A stretch of 64,000 nt of DNA from Tubiluchus corallicola (GCA_030141605.1 JAQGDQ010000017.1:310001-374000), one strand, 5' to 3'; positions 46,372 through 58,178 are shown, counted from the stretch's first letter. Translations and numbers: made by a program. Notes: generated from the sequence alone by a model not told the origin.

Positions 46372-47763
46372 CTTGCTAAAATATGCTGAGCTAACTACAA
46401 GAAAATGTTACCTTAGAATATGGACCCCTATGACATAATAAGGATGTTAGCTATTTTTATATTTGCATATTTCTATTTTCTTACCAATAACTTGGTTTTT
46501 GTGTGCTTCTTTATAAACATATCAGCAAATTTCTGTTGCATTTTTTTTCTGAAGCACTCAGATAGTGTAACTTAGATAATATGAAAAGTAGGAATTGCAT
46601 TTTTGTTTTAAATTGCAAACTGGTTTGTCTGCGTAATTTGCAGGAAAATTCTTTTTGGGCATTTTTGTCTTCCTTTACAGTATCACGGCATATAATTATT
46701 GTTAGTTAATTGTCTACATCTTCTTTGAGTGAGAAGCCAACAATTTAACAACTACAATAACAAATTTTTGTACTAATGTAAATAATTATGTAGCAATTAA
46801 ACTTTGTTCAAAAATTTTCAAGTCTTGGTTGGCATTATTACAAATCAGTTGCACATGTTTTGTTAAATCATTGTACAGGCATTCATCGGCACACAGCATA
46901 TAAGGTTGAAGCTGGTTTCGTGATGTTTAGGATCGCCAACTCTGGTTAGTATCTGGATTGTGTATACCCAGTCAGTTACGTAATATTGTCCAAATTACTC
47001 TAGAGTCACATGTAATAATAAAGCGAGAGTAATCATGGACCATTAAGCACAGGTTTTCTTTTCATAATATCATCTGTCTGGAAAAGTAAAACAAGAAAAA
47101 TAAATTTTGTTGTTCGTTAGGCTTCCCCCTACAATGCAGTAAAAATATCTTTTGCTCTTAATCATTGTGAAAGTTCAATGAGTGCACGTGTTTTGTTGAA
47201 GATTATCAGTTATTGAAAATAAAATCTTTAGAAATTTGTTGAGGAACATGTTTGGAAGATTGAATTTTTTCTTCATATTTAACTCGGAAAAAGTGTTTAA
47301 ACTTAGCAAAGAAAGAACATAAAAACATCAATCAATGTTAAATCATGAAGGTCAGTTTTTTCACACAAATTATACCAGAAATGAACCAAGAGTGCAAAGT
47401 AATTTTATGCAACTATTAAAAAGTAATACAAAAACAGGAATAATAATGCAAATTCAACATTTAAATCATACAAGCAGAGACAAAAACTTCGTAAAAATAA
47501 TAAGCTTGAAGCATCCTCAGAATACATTAAAAACTTTGTACTGATTATTCAATCACTGCAAAACACTTAACACTTTCACTTTAGGAAGTAAAAAAATTTA
47601 AGCTTTTAGAAGTTGGTAGTTTACATTAAAATTACAATTTGGCAAAAATCATTTCAAATGTAAGAAGCAAAATTCTGGAGTCAGAGAATGGTTGTACCAG
47701 ACCATTGTCCTGTCACCTGTTACGAATATCTTAGAATATGTCAAGTGGACAGGCAGATTACTA

Positions 47764-48334
47764 CAGGGGCAGTTCCAGAGTGGGGGGGCGATTTGGGGGT
47801 TCCACCCTCCTAGTAAAGAAAAACAATAGACTTTTGACAGACATATTCTTATAACAAAAAAGTAGAATGATAGCACAGGTTGATAAAAACATGATTTTAT
47901 TGATATTGACGTTTCTGGTCTGGTTTGGTACAGGTAACGGTTTAGGGTGACCTCACCATCATAGCCCGTGCGTAGACCAAAGTAGGCATTTTCAAGGTAA
48001 CTAAAATGAACATAAAACGAAAAACTAAATCAAGGAATAAAATGACTGATTTTCTCACATAACAATGGATTTTTCGTTTTTTCGTGGCAAATCGAGTAAT
48101 AAAGTCATTGACGTTCAAATGAATGGTTCTGTGAATGTTCTTCAGGGCTGAACCAGTTAATCGCATAGAACTTCTCATCCACGTTTTTAACCGTCGAAGT
48201 TTGGAGACTTCAGTTTGGCTAGCTTTCATCTTTTCCTTCAGTTTTTTCGCTTTCATTTTTTGCAATTTTTTTATTTTTCTTTATAAGTTAGGTTGGGCAA
48301 TCACCCCCAGCACCCCACCTTGAAACCACCCCTG
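47764..48334 (-). mobile_element. hAT deletion derivative with intact 8-bp TSD
   Basis: TSD GATTACTA at 47756-47763 and 48335-48342; TIRs CAGGGGCAGTTCCA...TGAAACCACCCCTG. Internal SKLRRLKTWMRSSMRLTGSALKNIHR..FITRFA is a remnant of the hAT C-terminal dimerisation domain. Confidence 0.93.
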
Positions 48335-48828
48335 GATTACTAAGAGAAAAAAATTTGCACTAAAACAGTAAATGTAGCAGATACTATAATCGAACAAAGA
48401 CCTGCACATTGCAACATAGGCTTTTTTCGATTATCACTTTTATGAACCAATGCAAGTATATCACAAGAAAAAAATGAGATAAAAAGTTTCAGTGAGGCAC
48501 AATAAGTTTTCTCTCATTATTACACTAAAATGAACACAGATGGCACCACACTGTGCACTGTTTGCCGGTCAAAATTTTCCACTAACACAATCAAAATGCA
48601 AATGCTTAGAAGTAAATACGGAAATGAACAGTAATGAAATTGTCACAAAAAACAGGAAATACATAACCTTTGCATGCATTTCTGTATACATGCTTGATAA
48701 CAGCTACAAAAAGGTGCGTGATGTATAATGTCTAGTTTCCTACATTCGCGATACTGATCGCATAAGTACATCATATTAAATACGTATACAGTGCACACGT
48801 TCACAAAAAACTAGGTGTCAGTTATTAA

Positions 48829-49368
48829 AGGAAAACCAGATGATTGATTAGACTTAATCTGATTTTAATTTACTATTCAAAATATATATTTTCTTCCTAT
48901 AAAAATTAGCAATTGTTACTAATTCTTGAATAATTACCTTGGAAAGTTAATTAACAGCAACAGAACAGAGCTATTGCTTGCATCATAAACTAACCACAGT
49001 ATGTGCAATGGTTGGCATCTTCCTTTCGCATCAAGCACTTTTGAGTCAGAGGAGATTGCTAAAAGATGCTCACTTGATGTCACAAAAATGAGTTCTACGT
49101 CACACTGGCGTCGCAGACAAACACTGCAGTTCATGATCGTGCCTATCACGGTATCACCGACTGCACCATGCATGACAAAAAATGCCTTTGCTAATCTTAG
49201 TGGATGTGCTAAACCGCACGTAGCTTTGAATATTTGACAAAACTTAACTAGCCGAGGTAATTATTATTTAATCTAAGCTTTGATTTAAAAAAAAAGCTGT
49301 TATAGTTTTCAATATTTTAGAGCATACTTTATTTTGAACTAATGTCTACACGACGGTCCAGTTTTCCT
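48829..49368. mobile_element. Kolobok/T2-type MITE, copy A (540 bp), in the ZF 3' UTR
   Basis: TTAA|AGGAAAACCAGA...TCCAGTTTTCCT|TTAA. A TTAA target duplication with AGG termini is characteristic of Kolobok/T2 MITEs (piggyBac ends begin CC). Confidence 0.9.
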
Positions 49369-49386
49369 TTAAGCATCTTTCAATAA

Positions 49387-51024
49387 CTACTTGTCTTGTG
49401 ATGATCCACTAATTATAGTAGTTTTTGTTTGACAAGCAAATGCACGCTGTTGGTGAAACTGTGATTTTATGTGTCTGGTCAAATCAGAACGTTTTATAAA
49501 TCCCTTGTCACACAAACCACATTTGTGAGGCCTGTAGCCGCTGTGAATCTTGACGTGGTTGCTCAAGTTTGAACTTTGTGCAAATTTGGCCCCACACTGT
49601 TCGCACCTGTAAGGTTTTTGACCCGTATGGCACCTGGTGTGAATGTGCAATTCTGCCGCCCGTTTGAAAGAGGCTCTACAATATTTGCAGACGTGAGGCT
49701 TGTCTTCGGAGTGTACGATGAGGTGCGACTGCAAGCCGCTGCGGTTGGAGTAGCTCTTACCACAAGTGTCACACTGGAACAACTTCTCGCTGTTGTGTTT
49801 ACTCTCATGAGCACGCAGACTGCTCAGTAGCACATAGCCGGCACCACAGATATTGCACTTATGTGGCCGTTCCCCAGTGTGAAACAGCCGGTGTTTGTCC
49901 AAATAAGATGGTGTCCTGAATGTCAAGTTACAAAAATCACATTTGTATGGCTTCGGTTTAATAACACCATTGTGACCCGCCTGATGTTCTAGCAGTCTGT
50001 ATTTATTCACGTAAGCTTTTGGACATCTGTTGCATTTAAATGGTTTTATGCCCAAGTGAGCTCTCAGATGCCCCTTTAAAGTATTCAGCCATGCAAAGCG
50101 TCGACCACAGCGGTGACAGTTATATGGCTTCTCACCCGTGTGCACGCGAATGTGAAGCTTGAGTCCTGTTGGTCTGGAGAATGATGCCGAGCAGTTTTCA
50201 TAACCACATTTGTAAGCTTTGATATTGGAATGAATCACGGAGTGCGCATCTAGCTGATTGCGTTGAAAGAATGCCTTTCCGCACTTGTCGCACTGAAAAG
50301 TTTTGCCACTAACATGTTTCTTCAGATGAGCATTTAAGCTTGACCTTGATGCATAATTTTGACCGCAACGCCGACACGCAAAACGCTTTATTGCTGTAAG
50401 AGGACTAATGTCTGAATGATGTATGCCCAAAGTCGGAGCCACTGGTATTAACTCTTTGCAAGTCTGAGCTGGTGAAGCACACGTGTGGCTTTGGAAAAGG
50501 TCATATTTGGCAAACACTAAGTGACAGTCGTTGCATTTGTAATTTTTTGTCTCTTTCACGTTTTGTTTAGTGGTACCAGTTTCACCAGCATCAACAGCAT
50601 CCAAAAATTGTCCAGAGTTGTTTGTTGCATCTACCTTATCTGAGTCAACCGCATCAACAGGAGAAACAACATCATGCAACGTCATGTGATCAGAGAGATC
50701 ATTTTCAGATAGAAAAATCTGCGGACACTTCACACAGGTGTAAACACAAACGACGGTCACACCTTCCGACCCAGAATTGAGCAAATCTTCCAAAGTAATA
50801 TAATCCACGCCTTCATACGACAATATTTCCTCTTCTTTTTCTTCTTTTATAACAATGTCGCCGTTGTTCTCTGAAGCACTGCTAAGACATTCTAAAGTGC
50901 GTATAGCATCTGGGACAATGTCGTGTGCAACAGACTTGTAGTTTCCTTCTCCCGGATGGTCAGCATCTGTTTGAACGGCCGCTGAAGTAAATGCAGCATC
51001 TTCTGTCTGAACAACTGCATCCAT
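49387..51024 (-). CDS. C2H2 zinc-finger protein (~13 fingers, 11 in tandem), 545 aa, single coding exon
   Basis: Repeated CxxC..HxxxH with HTGEKPY, HTGERPH and HTGQKPY linkers. The ATG is in ACAATGG context with an in-frame TGA two codons upstream. A splice acceptor (ttttgtcatttcag) lies 57 nt upstream of the ATG, so the exon starts at 51081. Confidence 0.95.
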   Translation of the reverse strand: MDAVVQTEDAAFTSAAVQTDADHPGEGNYKSVAHDIVPDAIRTLECLSSASENNGDIVIKEEKEEEILSYEGVDYITLEDLLNSGSEGVTVVCVYTCVKCPQIFLSENDLSDHMTLHDVVSPVDAVDSDKVDATNNSGQFLDAVDAGETGTTKQNVKETKNYKCNDCHLVFAKYDLFQSHTCASPAQTCKELIPVAPTLGIHHSDISPLTAIKRFACRRCGQNYASRSSLNAHLKKHVSGKTFQCDKCGKAFFQRNQLDAHSVIHSNIKAYKCGYENCSASFSRPTGLKLHIRVHTGEKPYNCHRCGRRFAWLNTLKGHLRAHLGIKPFKCNRCPKAYVNKYRLLEHQAGHNGVIKPKPYKCDFCNLTFRTPSYLDKHRLFHTGERPHKCNICGAGYVLLSSLRAHESKHNSEKLFQCDTCGKSYSNRSGLQSHLIVHSEDKPHVCKYCRASFKRAAELHIHTRCHTGQKPYRCEQCGAKFAQSSNLSNHVKIHSGYRPHKCGLCDKGFIKRSDLTRHIKSQFHQQRAFACQTKTTIISGSSQDK

Positions 51025-51289
51025 TGTTCAATTTCAAATAATTTCGTTTTCTTCAGCTTAGTATGGACTCGGTTTCTAGATCTGAAATGACAAAAATAAC
51101 CATAAGCAATAAACATGGGCAAGTGAATCTAGTGAAGCAATTTTAGCTAAGTTAATTAGGGTATGGTGTAGTAAACAGATTGTCTAACTACGGATGTTTA
51201 GAGCACATGCTTGTTCTGTTCTTCAAATGGCTTTATTTTTAACAACATTTTACTCAGAAAATCCATTATTTTTAAGGATTACTTATTTC

Positions 51290-51560
51290 AGTAAGGTTGA
51301 ACTGCTTTGCGAGTAACTGTTCTTCAAGTTATTGCAAACTCTCCAATAGTTGCTGCGAATTTATTTCCTACAAGTTACTGTCTAGTGTGAACTTCAGGGG
51401 GAGTTACTCTCGACACTTCTTTCAGTGAATAGAGAAGCGAGTGTCAGCTCGCACTTATGGGCAGAAAGTAGCTCGCAGCAAGTTTTGCTCTCTACTTTGA
51501 ACAGGCTTGTTAGTTATTTGGCAAGTTACCCTGGGGAGAAAACTCGCTAGTATCAGCTGC
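51290..51560 (-). mobile_element. Harbinger-like MITE remnant, related to 61449-61570
   Basis: GCAAGTTTTGCTCTCTACTTTGAACAGGCTTG...GAAAACTCGCTAGT is close to the reverse complement of the element end at 61449-61570. Confidence 0.65.
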
Positions 51561-51789
51561 TGTAAGAAAGTTTTTGAAACTAAACAAGGCACAAGAACTT
51601 AAACGTGTGCAAAAGAACGAGAATTATAGGTAGCAATCGCATGAGTACAATACTAAAGTGCTGCAAGCCTTATGTTGCAAACTTTTTCTTTTTGCATTAC
51701 TAACTTACTACAGTAGCCTGTAATTCCTAATCAAGTTTTATTATTGTGGAAACTACAATAAAAATGGTTTAAAACAAGCTAATAATTAA

Positions 51790-52321
51790 AGGAAAACTGG
51801 ACGATTGTGTAAGCATTAGTTCAGAATAAAGAATGCTCTAAAATATAGAAAACTACAATAGCTTTTTCTAAATCAAAGCTTAGATTAAATAATAATTACC
51901 TCGGATACTTAATTTTGTTAAACTTTCAAAGTTACGCACAGCTCAGTGAATCTACTAAAACTAGCAACGACGCCTTTTTGTCAAATGCGCGTGGCTGTCA
52001 AATAGAAGTGATAACCATAATCATGAACGCAGCGTTAGTTTCTGACGTCATATGACGTTGAGCCCATTTTCGTGACATCACGCGTTTAAGCAATAACAAT
52101 TACGTAAACATGCTTGACGCGCAAGGGAAGATGCCTGCCATTGCACAAACTGTGGTTACTTTCTGACGTAAGCAATAACTGTGTTCGGTAGCCATTAATT
52201 AACTTTCTAAGCTAACTACTCAAATATAAGAAACAATTGCTAACTTTTATAGGCAAGAAAATGTATATTTTGGTCAGTAAATTAAAATGAGATTGAGTCT
52301 AATCAATCATCCAGTTTTCCT
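51790..52321. mobile_element. Kolobok/T2-type MITE, copy B (532 bp), inverted relative to copy A
   Basis: TTAA|AGGAAAACTGGA...TCCAGTTTTCCT|TTAA. The interior is the reverse complement of 48829-49368 (e.g. AAATCAAAGCTTAGATTAAATAATAATTACCTCGG). Confidence 0.92.
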
Positions 52322-53023
52322 TTAATAAGCCATCCTATGTGAAGTGAAAAGTTTAGAATGCACTTCACAAAATTAAAGATTCAGTGTGTAAATTAACAAA
52401 TAAACATGTTTGTAATGAGTTATTTACTAGTTGTGAATTTTCTAAAACTTCAAAATAATAGCCTCTTAATATTCAAATTGTGTAGTTAAATCTATTACTA
52501 AAATAGCTACAAATTCAAAACAATTGATCAAATGCAGGAACCTCTACAAAAGCCAAAAAACAAGAAGAATCAGTTATTAAAGGACTCGATTAAACATTCA
52601 AAAAGTCAAAAGTAAATATCTTGAAAAAACTTACAGCAGACTCTTGACTAATTGTACAATTTCGTTAACCTTGCAGGGTCGTTGTAATGTTGCAACATAA
52701 ACAATATTAAGCATTGCATGCAGGATTTAGTCTTTTGATCAATGAATGAAGCATAATCACCCGCAAAACAGTCAAAATGTAAAAAAATGACATTCTCCTC
52801 AAAGTTGCATGATTACCTTTTCAGCATATTTTAATATCTTCATATCAAAATGAGAAATTTTTTTAAATAGCTGATTTAGCCAATTCTAATTAAATATTAT
52901 GACTGCAAGACATCTCTGACAACACATTAATTTAAAGTCACCCAATTCACTAACCTTCGAGACAGTCACTAAGCCAAAAATATTTAAAGTAAATTTACCT
53001 GGTTCTGTTACCGTAGACACACG

Positions 53024-54256
53024 TTACATATGAAGACGTTCTCGGTGTACATACCAGTCCGGTAAGAATGAAAAAGACGATTTCTCCGCAAAGAATTTGA
53101 CACGAATTTCAGTGTCAGGTGGATACCACTCAAACTTGTATACAGACTCAGGATTATCAACAACGGCAACTTGTTTAATAAAACTCAGAAAATTGTCGGC
53201 AAAGTTCATACAGGCAGTCGGACGCCAAGCATCCGAGCCTAGCTCCTTAACTTGTTTCGGAATATCTGACAAGCGGAATGTCTCAAGTTCGGTCACGATT
53301 CCGTTGTCATCTCTGAATCCACAAACAATCTTCTGAAGTCCGGGTAGGAATGATTGTGCCCACCACTTTATCAGTTTGTATTTCCGGAAGTTTCTCAGCT
53401 GTCTGGGATGCTCAATTTGTCTAGATGTTTTTAACTCTATATAGCAGCCTGGTTTAGGTGACAAGCTAGTGGAATCGATGCAGTCAGTTTCACCAGCAAA
53501 TACCAATGAATGACTGTTCAGTTTAGTCTGGATAACGGTACAATACGCTTCGATATTATTTACTGGTTTTGAAGTGTCTGGGCGACCGCCTGCTCGATCA
53601 GTTGTGACATACTGTTCAAATTTAACGCCCCAGTACGACATTTCTTTCTGCTTATCTGATTCATTCTTTCGGTCACATGACTTTTTCTCCGTTTCAAATT
53701 CACATAGATAATGAGTTCCTTGAAATTTTGTCACACATATAATCCAGCCGTCTTGATTTTCGTATGGCGTACAAAGAATTTTCGTCAGTAACCCCCGCCA
53801 GCAGACAAAATCAGTAGAAAGCTGCTGCTTCTTAATGATTAACTTATCCGAGTTTGCTAATAGCCAATGTAAGAGATGATCTATATATTCCTTTATGGTC
53901 TCATCTTTTCTTATAAACTCTCGGTATCCTTCACGTAAATCAAAATTCACCAAATCAGGATGAGCATAGTTTTTAAGCTGCTCTCCGCTGTTGAGAAATC
54001 GTCTGTTGATATCTACAGAGAATGCACCAATTTCCACAGGTTGTTGATAAATGGGAAAATTTTTGTGCTCTAAATCTGCTCTGCAAAAACTATATGATTT
54101 CAATGCAGTGGTATTTATCCTGTCTCTACTTGCATTCACGCGACTATCTAATTTTCCAAAAAGATTACTTGTATGCCCAGTTTTTTGATGTTTAGGTAAT
54201 TTACTATCGTCAAACGGCCCTTGATGTTCTTCTAAAAGCACATGGCCTCTCTTCAT
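53024..54256 (-). CDS. DXO: Decapping and exoribonuclease DXO/Dom3Z/Rai1 family, intronless CDS, ~410 aa
   Basis: All DXO/Rai1 motifs are intact: FVCWRGLLTKI, YWGVKFEQY, GETDC, YIELKT, KWWAQSFLPG, CGFRDDNG, C-terminal FLPDWY. First in-frame ATG is at 54256 (the ORF track starts at an upstream TTG). Acceptor tttacag gives an exon start at 54293. Confidence 0.95.
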   Translation of the reverse strand: MKRGHVLLEEHQGPFDDSKLPKHQKTGHTSNLFGKLDSRVNASRDRINTTALKSYSFCRADLEHKNFPIYQQPVEIGAFSVDINRRFLNSGEQLKNYAHPDLVNFDLREGYREFIRKDETIKEYIDHLLHWLLANSDKLIIKKQQLSTDFVCWRGLLTKILCTPYENQDGWIICVTKFQGTHYLCEFETEKKSCDRKNESDKQKEMSYWGVKFEQYVTTDRAGGRPDTSKPVNNIEAYCTVIQTKLNSHSLVFAGETDCIDSTSLSPKPGCYIELKTSRQIEHPRQLRNFRKYKLIKWWAQSFLPGLQKIVCGFRDDNGIVTELETFRLSDIPKQVKELGSDAWRPTACMNFADNFLSFIKQVAVVDNPESVYKFEWYPPDTEIRVKFFAEKSSFSFLPDWYVHRERLHM

Positions 54257-54671
54257 TCTATATATCAACCATGGTTATCGTGGCTTCTAATGCCTGTAAA
54301 CAAAAATGAAAGAAATTAATGTTTTAATTTTTTAAATTTTGTTATCTAATATCACTGTTGGCCCACATTTCTTTGTTTTTCTGATCAATGCAAGCAATTC
54401 TTTTGAAAGGGTTTACCATCCCACATTGCTTTCAAACCCACTAAACACACACCTATTGTTTCTTAAACTCTGAATAATAATAGGCTGATAATAGGCCCAA
54501 TTTCACAAGCATTAGTTGTGTCCGTAACCTAACACTGACTGACAATATTCTTGAGTTTTATGCAATACAGTAATTAGCTTAATATTATTGCATTTATAAT
54601 TTTGCTATGTTCATAAAATGCATGATGTTTTTTCTTTTTTAAGCTATACATAATACTATATTTTCTACACA

Positions 54672-54768
54672 GAGTGAAAACTAGGAATCAAATCTAAACG
54701 TATAAATCTCAAAGCTATAAAAGTGGGATAAACAATAAATGTTTAGATTTGATTCCTAGTTTTCACTC
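54672..54768. repeat. Perfect 28-bp inverted repeat with 41-nt spacer
   Basis: GAGTGAAAACTAGGAATCAAATCTAAAC (54672-54699) and its exact reverse complement (54741-54768). Confidence 0.95.
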
Positions 54769-56109
54769 AATGAGTTTTAACTGAGAGTTTAGATTAAATT
54801 TAAATTGGGACTTTTCCACAATTCTTAATGATAGTAACTTAAAAACTGGAGTAATAGGTGTAAAAATGTACCAGTAACTGACTTCTTGAGGTGCTAATAA
54901 GATTCTATTTTTTGAGGTATTTAATCAGTGATCGCTATTAGTTCAAGTTTAAAATATCGTCCATCAGGCCAGCACCAACGATGAGAGGATCGATTAATTT
55001 CCCGATGCGCAAAAATTAAATCCGCAGTCTGCTAAAAATTCGCATTTTGTTATTCACAGCAATCTGCAACTGCTCTACTAAATTAGTTGAAATCCGTGAA
55101 CTGTCCTGATCCACAAGGTTTCCGATCCGCATTTCTAGCTAGCCTTGGTTGAAGTAAACAAAAATATTCTAAATCAGTGGAAATTGCATCCTGCTTCTGT
55201 TGCAGTGTGTCCAATTGGTGGTTTCATTTTCATTGATTAATTGCAACTGTAAGAAGCTATATTAGAATATTCTCTATCTGATAGATAACGAAATATATAG
55301 ATAATTTTACTTATCTTTTGTAATACACGCTAAAATCAAGTACATAGCAAAATAAATTATTAGTATTAGAGAAAGGGTGGCAAAAAAACCATAGAGGTTA
55401 ACAAATCAGCCACCTTTTTAGTTAACGTTAGTACAAGAAAATCTAACAACGACTTAAGCCGGGATGAAACAAAAAAAATCCTGTCAAGTTGAAGCTAATA
55501 ATGAAGAAATGACAACGCAACAAAAAATGAATCAAACTAGTTTTAAGTGGCAAAGCAATATGCAAAAATAAAAGAAAAAACAAAACAGACAAAACAAACA
55601 AAACTATCAGAAGTGGATAAGCATATAAAGTCACAATAAATAATAACAGATATAAAAATAAGCATACATAAGGACTGAAAACATAAGCTGAAGGAACCAA
55701 CTGTGCAAAAAATGATAATGTTTGGTAAAGCTGAAATAAGCATACAATGAGAAAATCTGACTGGAATCACACTATAAAATGGCACTATAGATAAATGAAA
55801 CAGATTGGTTTGTGCGTGATATTATAATAACTGGCAAAAACAAAAGCAAAAAGGAAAGAAATCATAAACAAAACAGCAAGTGACAAAATATTATTGTTGT
55901 TCAAGTAAAAAAAGCAACAATCTAATGTTATTAATTTCACATTCGTATTTTTAATAGCAAATAAGATTTTACTACTTGTACAGTAGTTACGTTCGTTTAA
56001 TGATTAATGAAGTTAATTACTATTTTCATTTTATTGTTATTCACTCTGGTTAGCTTCAATGATGAGCGTAAATCTGTCACTTTCTTCCCACAATACTTCC
56101 CACCGCACA

Positions 56110-56285
56110 TTGTTACCTAGCACAGATTAACTAAAATGAAAATTAAAACTTGCAAAGTTCGACAGCCAAGATTTTTGTTCCGTATAACTCCTTATCTTCA
56201 ATAGTAGATCCGCAGAAAATCTTGCGGATCTTCGTCTAAAAAGCCAGCGCACGTCAAAATGATGCCAAGCACTCCAGGTTACTAT
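56110..56285. promoter_or_regulatory. Candidate divergent promoter and non-coding first exons for DXO/ZF (-) and the CD225 gene (+)
   Basis: CpG-rich patch with outward-facing donors: minus TAG|GTAACA (exon end 56117) and plus CAG|GTTACT (~56277). Both downstream genes have acceptors just before their ATGs. Inference. Confidence 0.4.
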
Positions 56286-58178
56286 AGTAATTAGTATTAT
56301 ACTATAAAGTATTATTATCAAAATTCAATGTTACCCCAATGGGAATAAAATGTTCTGATGGCATGATCGTCCTCTATCTGTGGTGATGCCACTATATTTC
56401 AAATTTCAGTTTTAGTTAATTCAGTATAGTGGAGGGGCAAACAGCATTCAAGCTAATAGTAATAGTAATACCCCCATCTATAGATTATGAATATTAATAA
56501 ACATCCTTCAAACCTCTGGCGGTATATTTGTTAAATCCATTTGCAATTACAAGACTATGTACGTCAGTTCTGGTCTCCTTAACTCGTTTGATGGTTTACC
56601 AGTTTTATGACTAAAAATCAAGTAACTTAAACGTTCCAAAACATCCCAACCTCAACCTGACGAAAAGTGACAGACCAGGAACCTTTTTGCCAATTTACCA
56701 TCACCGTTGATAAGTAATATTCTTATCTATGACTATACGATGGCGACATGACTCTATCAAATTGCAAACTTACAAATTTAAAATATTTCTTCTACTGAAT
56801 ATTCACTGATTACTATGACTAGTAATCACCAGTCTATGATAACTACCATTGCAGCATAATGATGATGATAGTTGGTGCCTGAGATCTTAGCGGGAGCCAA
56901 CTACATCAGGCTGCCATGCCATCTGCTACTGGCTACCAAGAACACATTAATAAGAGAGCCCGGGCTTTGAAATCCTGTCATTCCTCTTCCTTTTTCGATT
57001 AATTTTAATTCATTAAGTTTTTGTTTAGCATGATTTTCATAGAATAGCTTTTTTACATATGATGCACATCATGCCATTAATTAACTCGCATCTTGGAATT
57101 AATTAATTATAAAAGTTTCAGCACTGAAGAGAAAACTCAAGAACCATAATTATGTGTAAACACCTATAGACCGCAGATCTAAACCTGTACTAAAGATCCA
57201 TGATACTATCGAAAAGTTTAGCATGCACAGAATGTACCCTAATTTAATGTACAGATATTCTTACTGGCAGGCGCAGGCTCAACAGTGTTCTTATAGAGAC
57301 ACTGCTAGTGATTATTAAAAGTAATGTAGGGCGATATAATTATGCCTAATAACAATTTTTAATTTTTCTATTATTCACTTACTGTTTGCCATGATGCCAC
57401 TACTCATTTCAAGGGCAATAAGCAGGTGATGTAAAATGTTCGCGCATTATTACCATAATTATCATTTCAGGAGCAGCAAGCTTATATAGAATGCACGTAT
57501 TGTTGATCATCAGTTGATGGGCTCATTAGCATTTGTCATTTTACGCAGTTTCAACATTGTGCAAAATGTTGCTGTTGTTGCTGTTGAGTTGTGGCATGGA
57601 GTGGGTAGTGCCGTGTATATGGGTTGGTAGGGGAGCATTTTTGTATTGTGATGTCACAGTAGAGTACCATGCAGAAAAATGTGGAAAGGCTCAAAGAAAC
57701 TAACCGAAAGGTATCATCTGAAACAGCATATTGCTAAAGTGTGTACATTTTACATTTTTGTTTGAGCATACGTGCGTGTGTACTTGGGTTCGTGCACCAT
57801 CATAGCTCGGCTTTTTGGTACAAGAAAGCTTTTTCATGGCAGTACTTCATGAAGAGGACGGGAAAAAAATCAATAACAAAGTAACCCAAATGCTTCGCAT
57901 TCTGGACTAGTTACTGCAATTCTAAACACTCAGACCTAACTTCACGCATACAAAATATTCTAAAACTTAAAACAATGCAATCTACATTATTTTTAAAGAT
58001 TGATAATAAAATAATGTATGTAGGGCATAGGCCTCATAGAACGTACAAGGGTCACAAAAACATGAAAGGGGAAAGTTTTGTGGATGAGTTACTACATCAA
58101 CCAACAGCAAAATGGGAGAATTAGGACAATAAACATCACATTTTACAGTAGTTGCATTGTCTTTTCAGCAACAGGCCT

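Noticed and set aside
47942-48265. 107-aa ORF as a host gene
   Set aside because: It is a fragment of a hAT transposase inside a TIR/TSD-bounded element.
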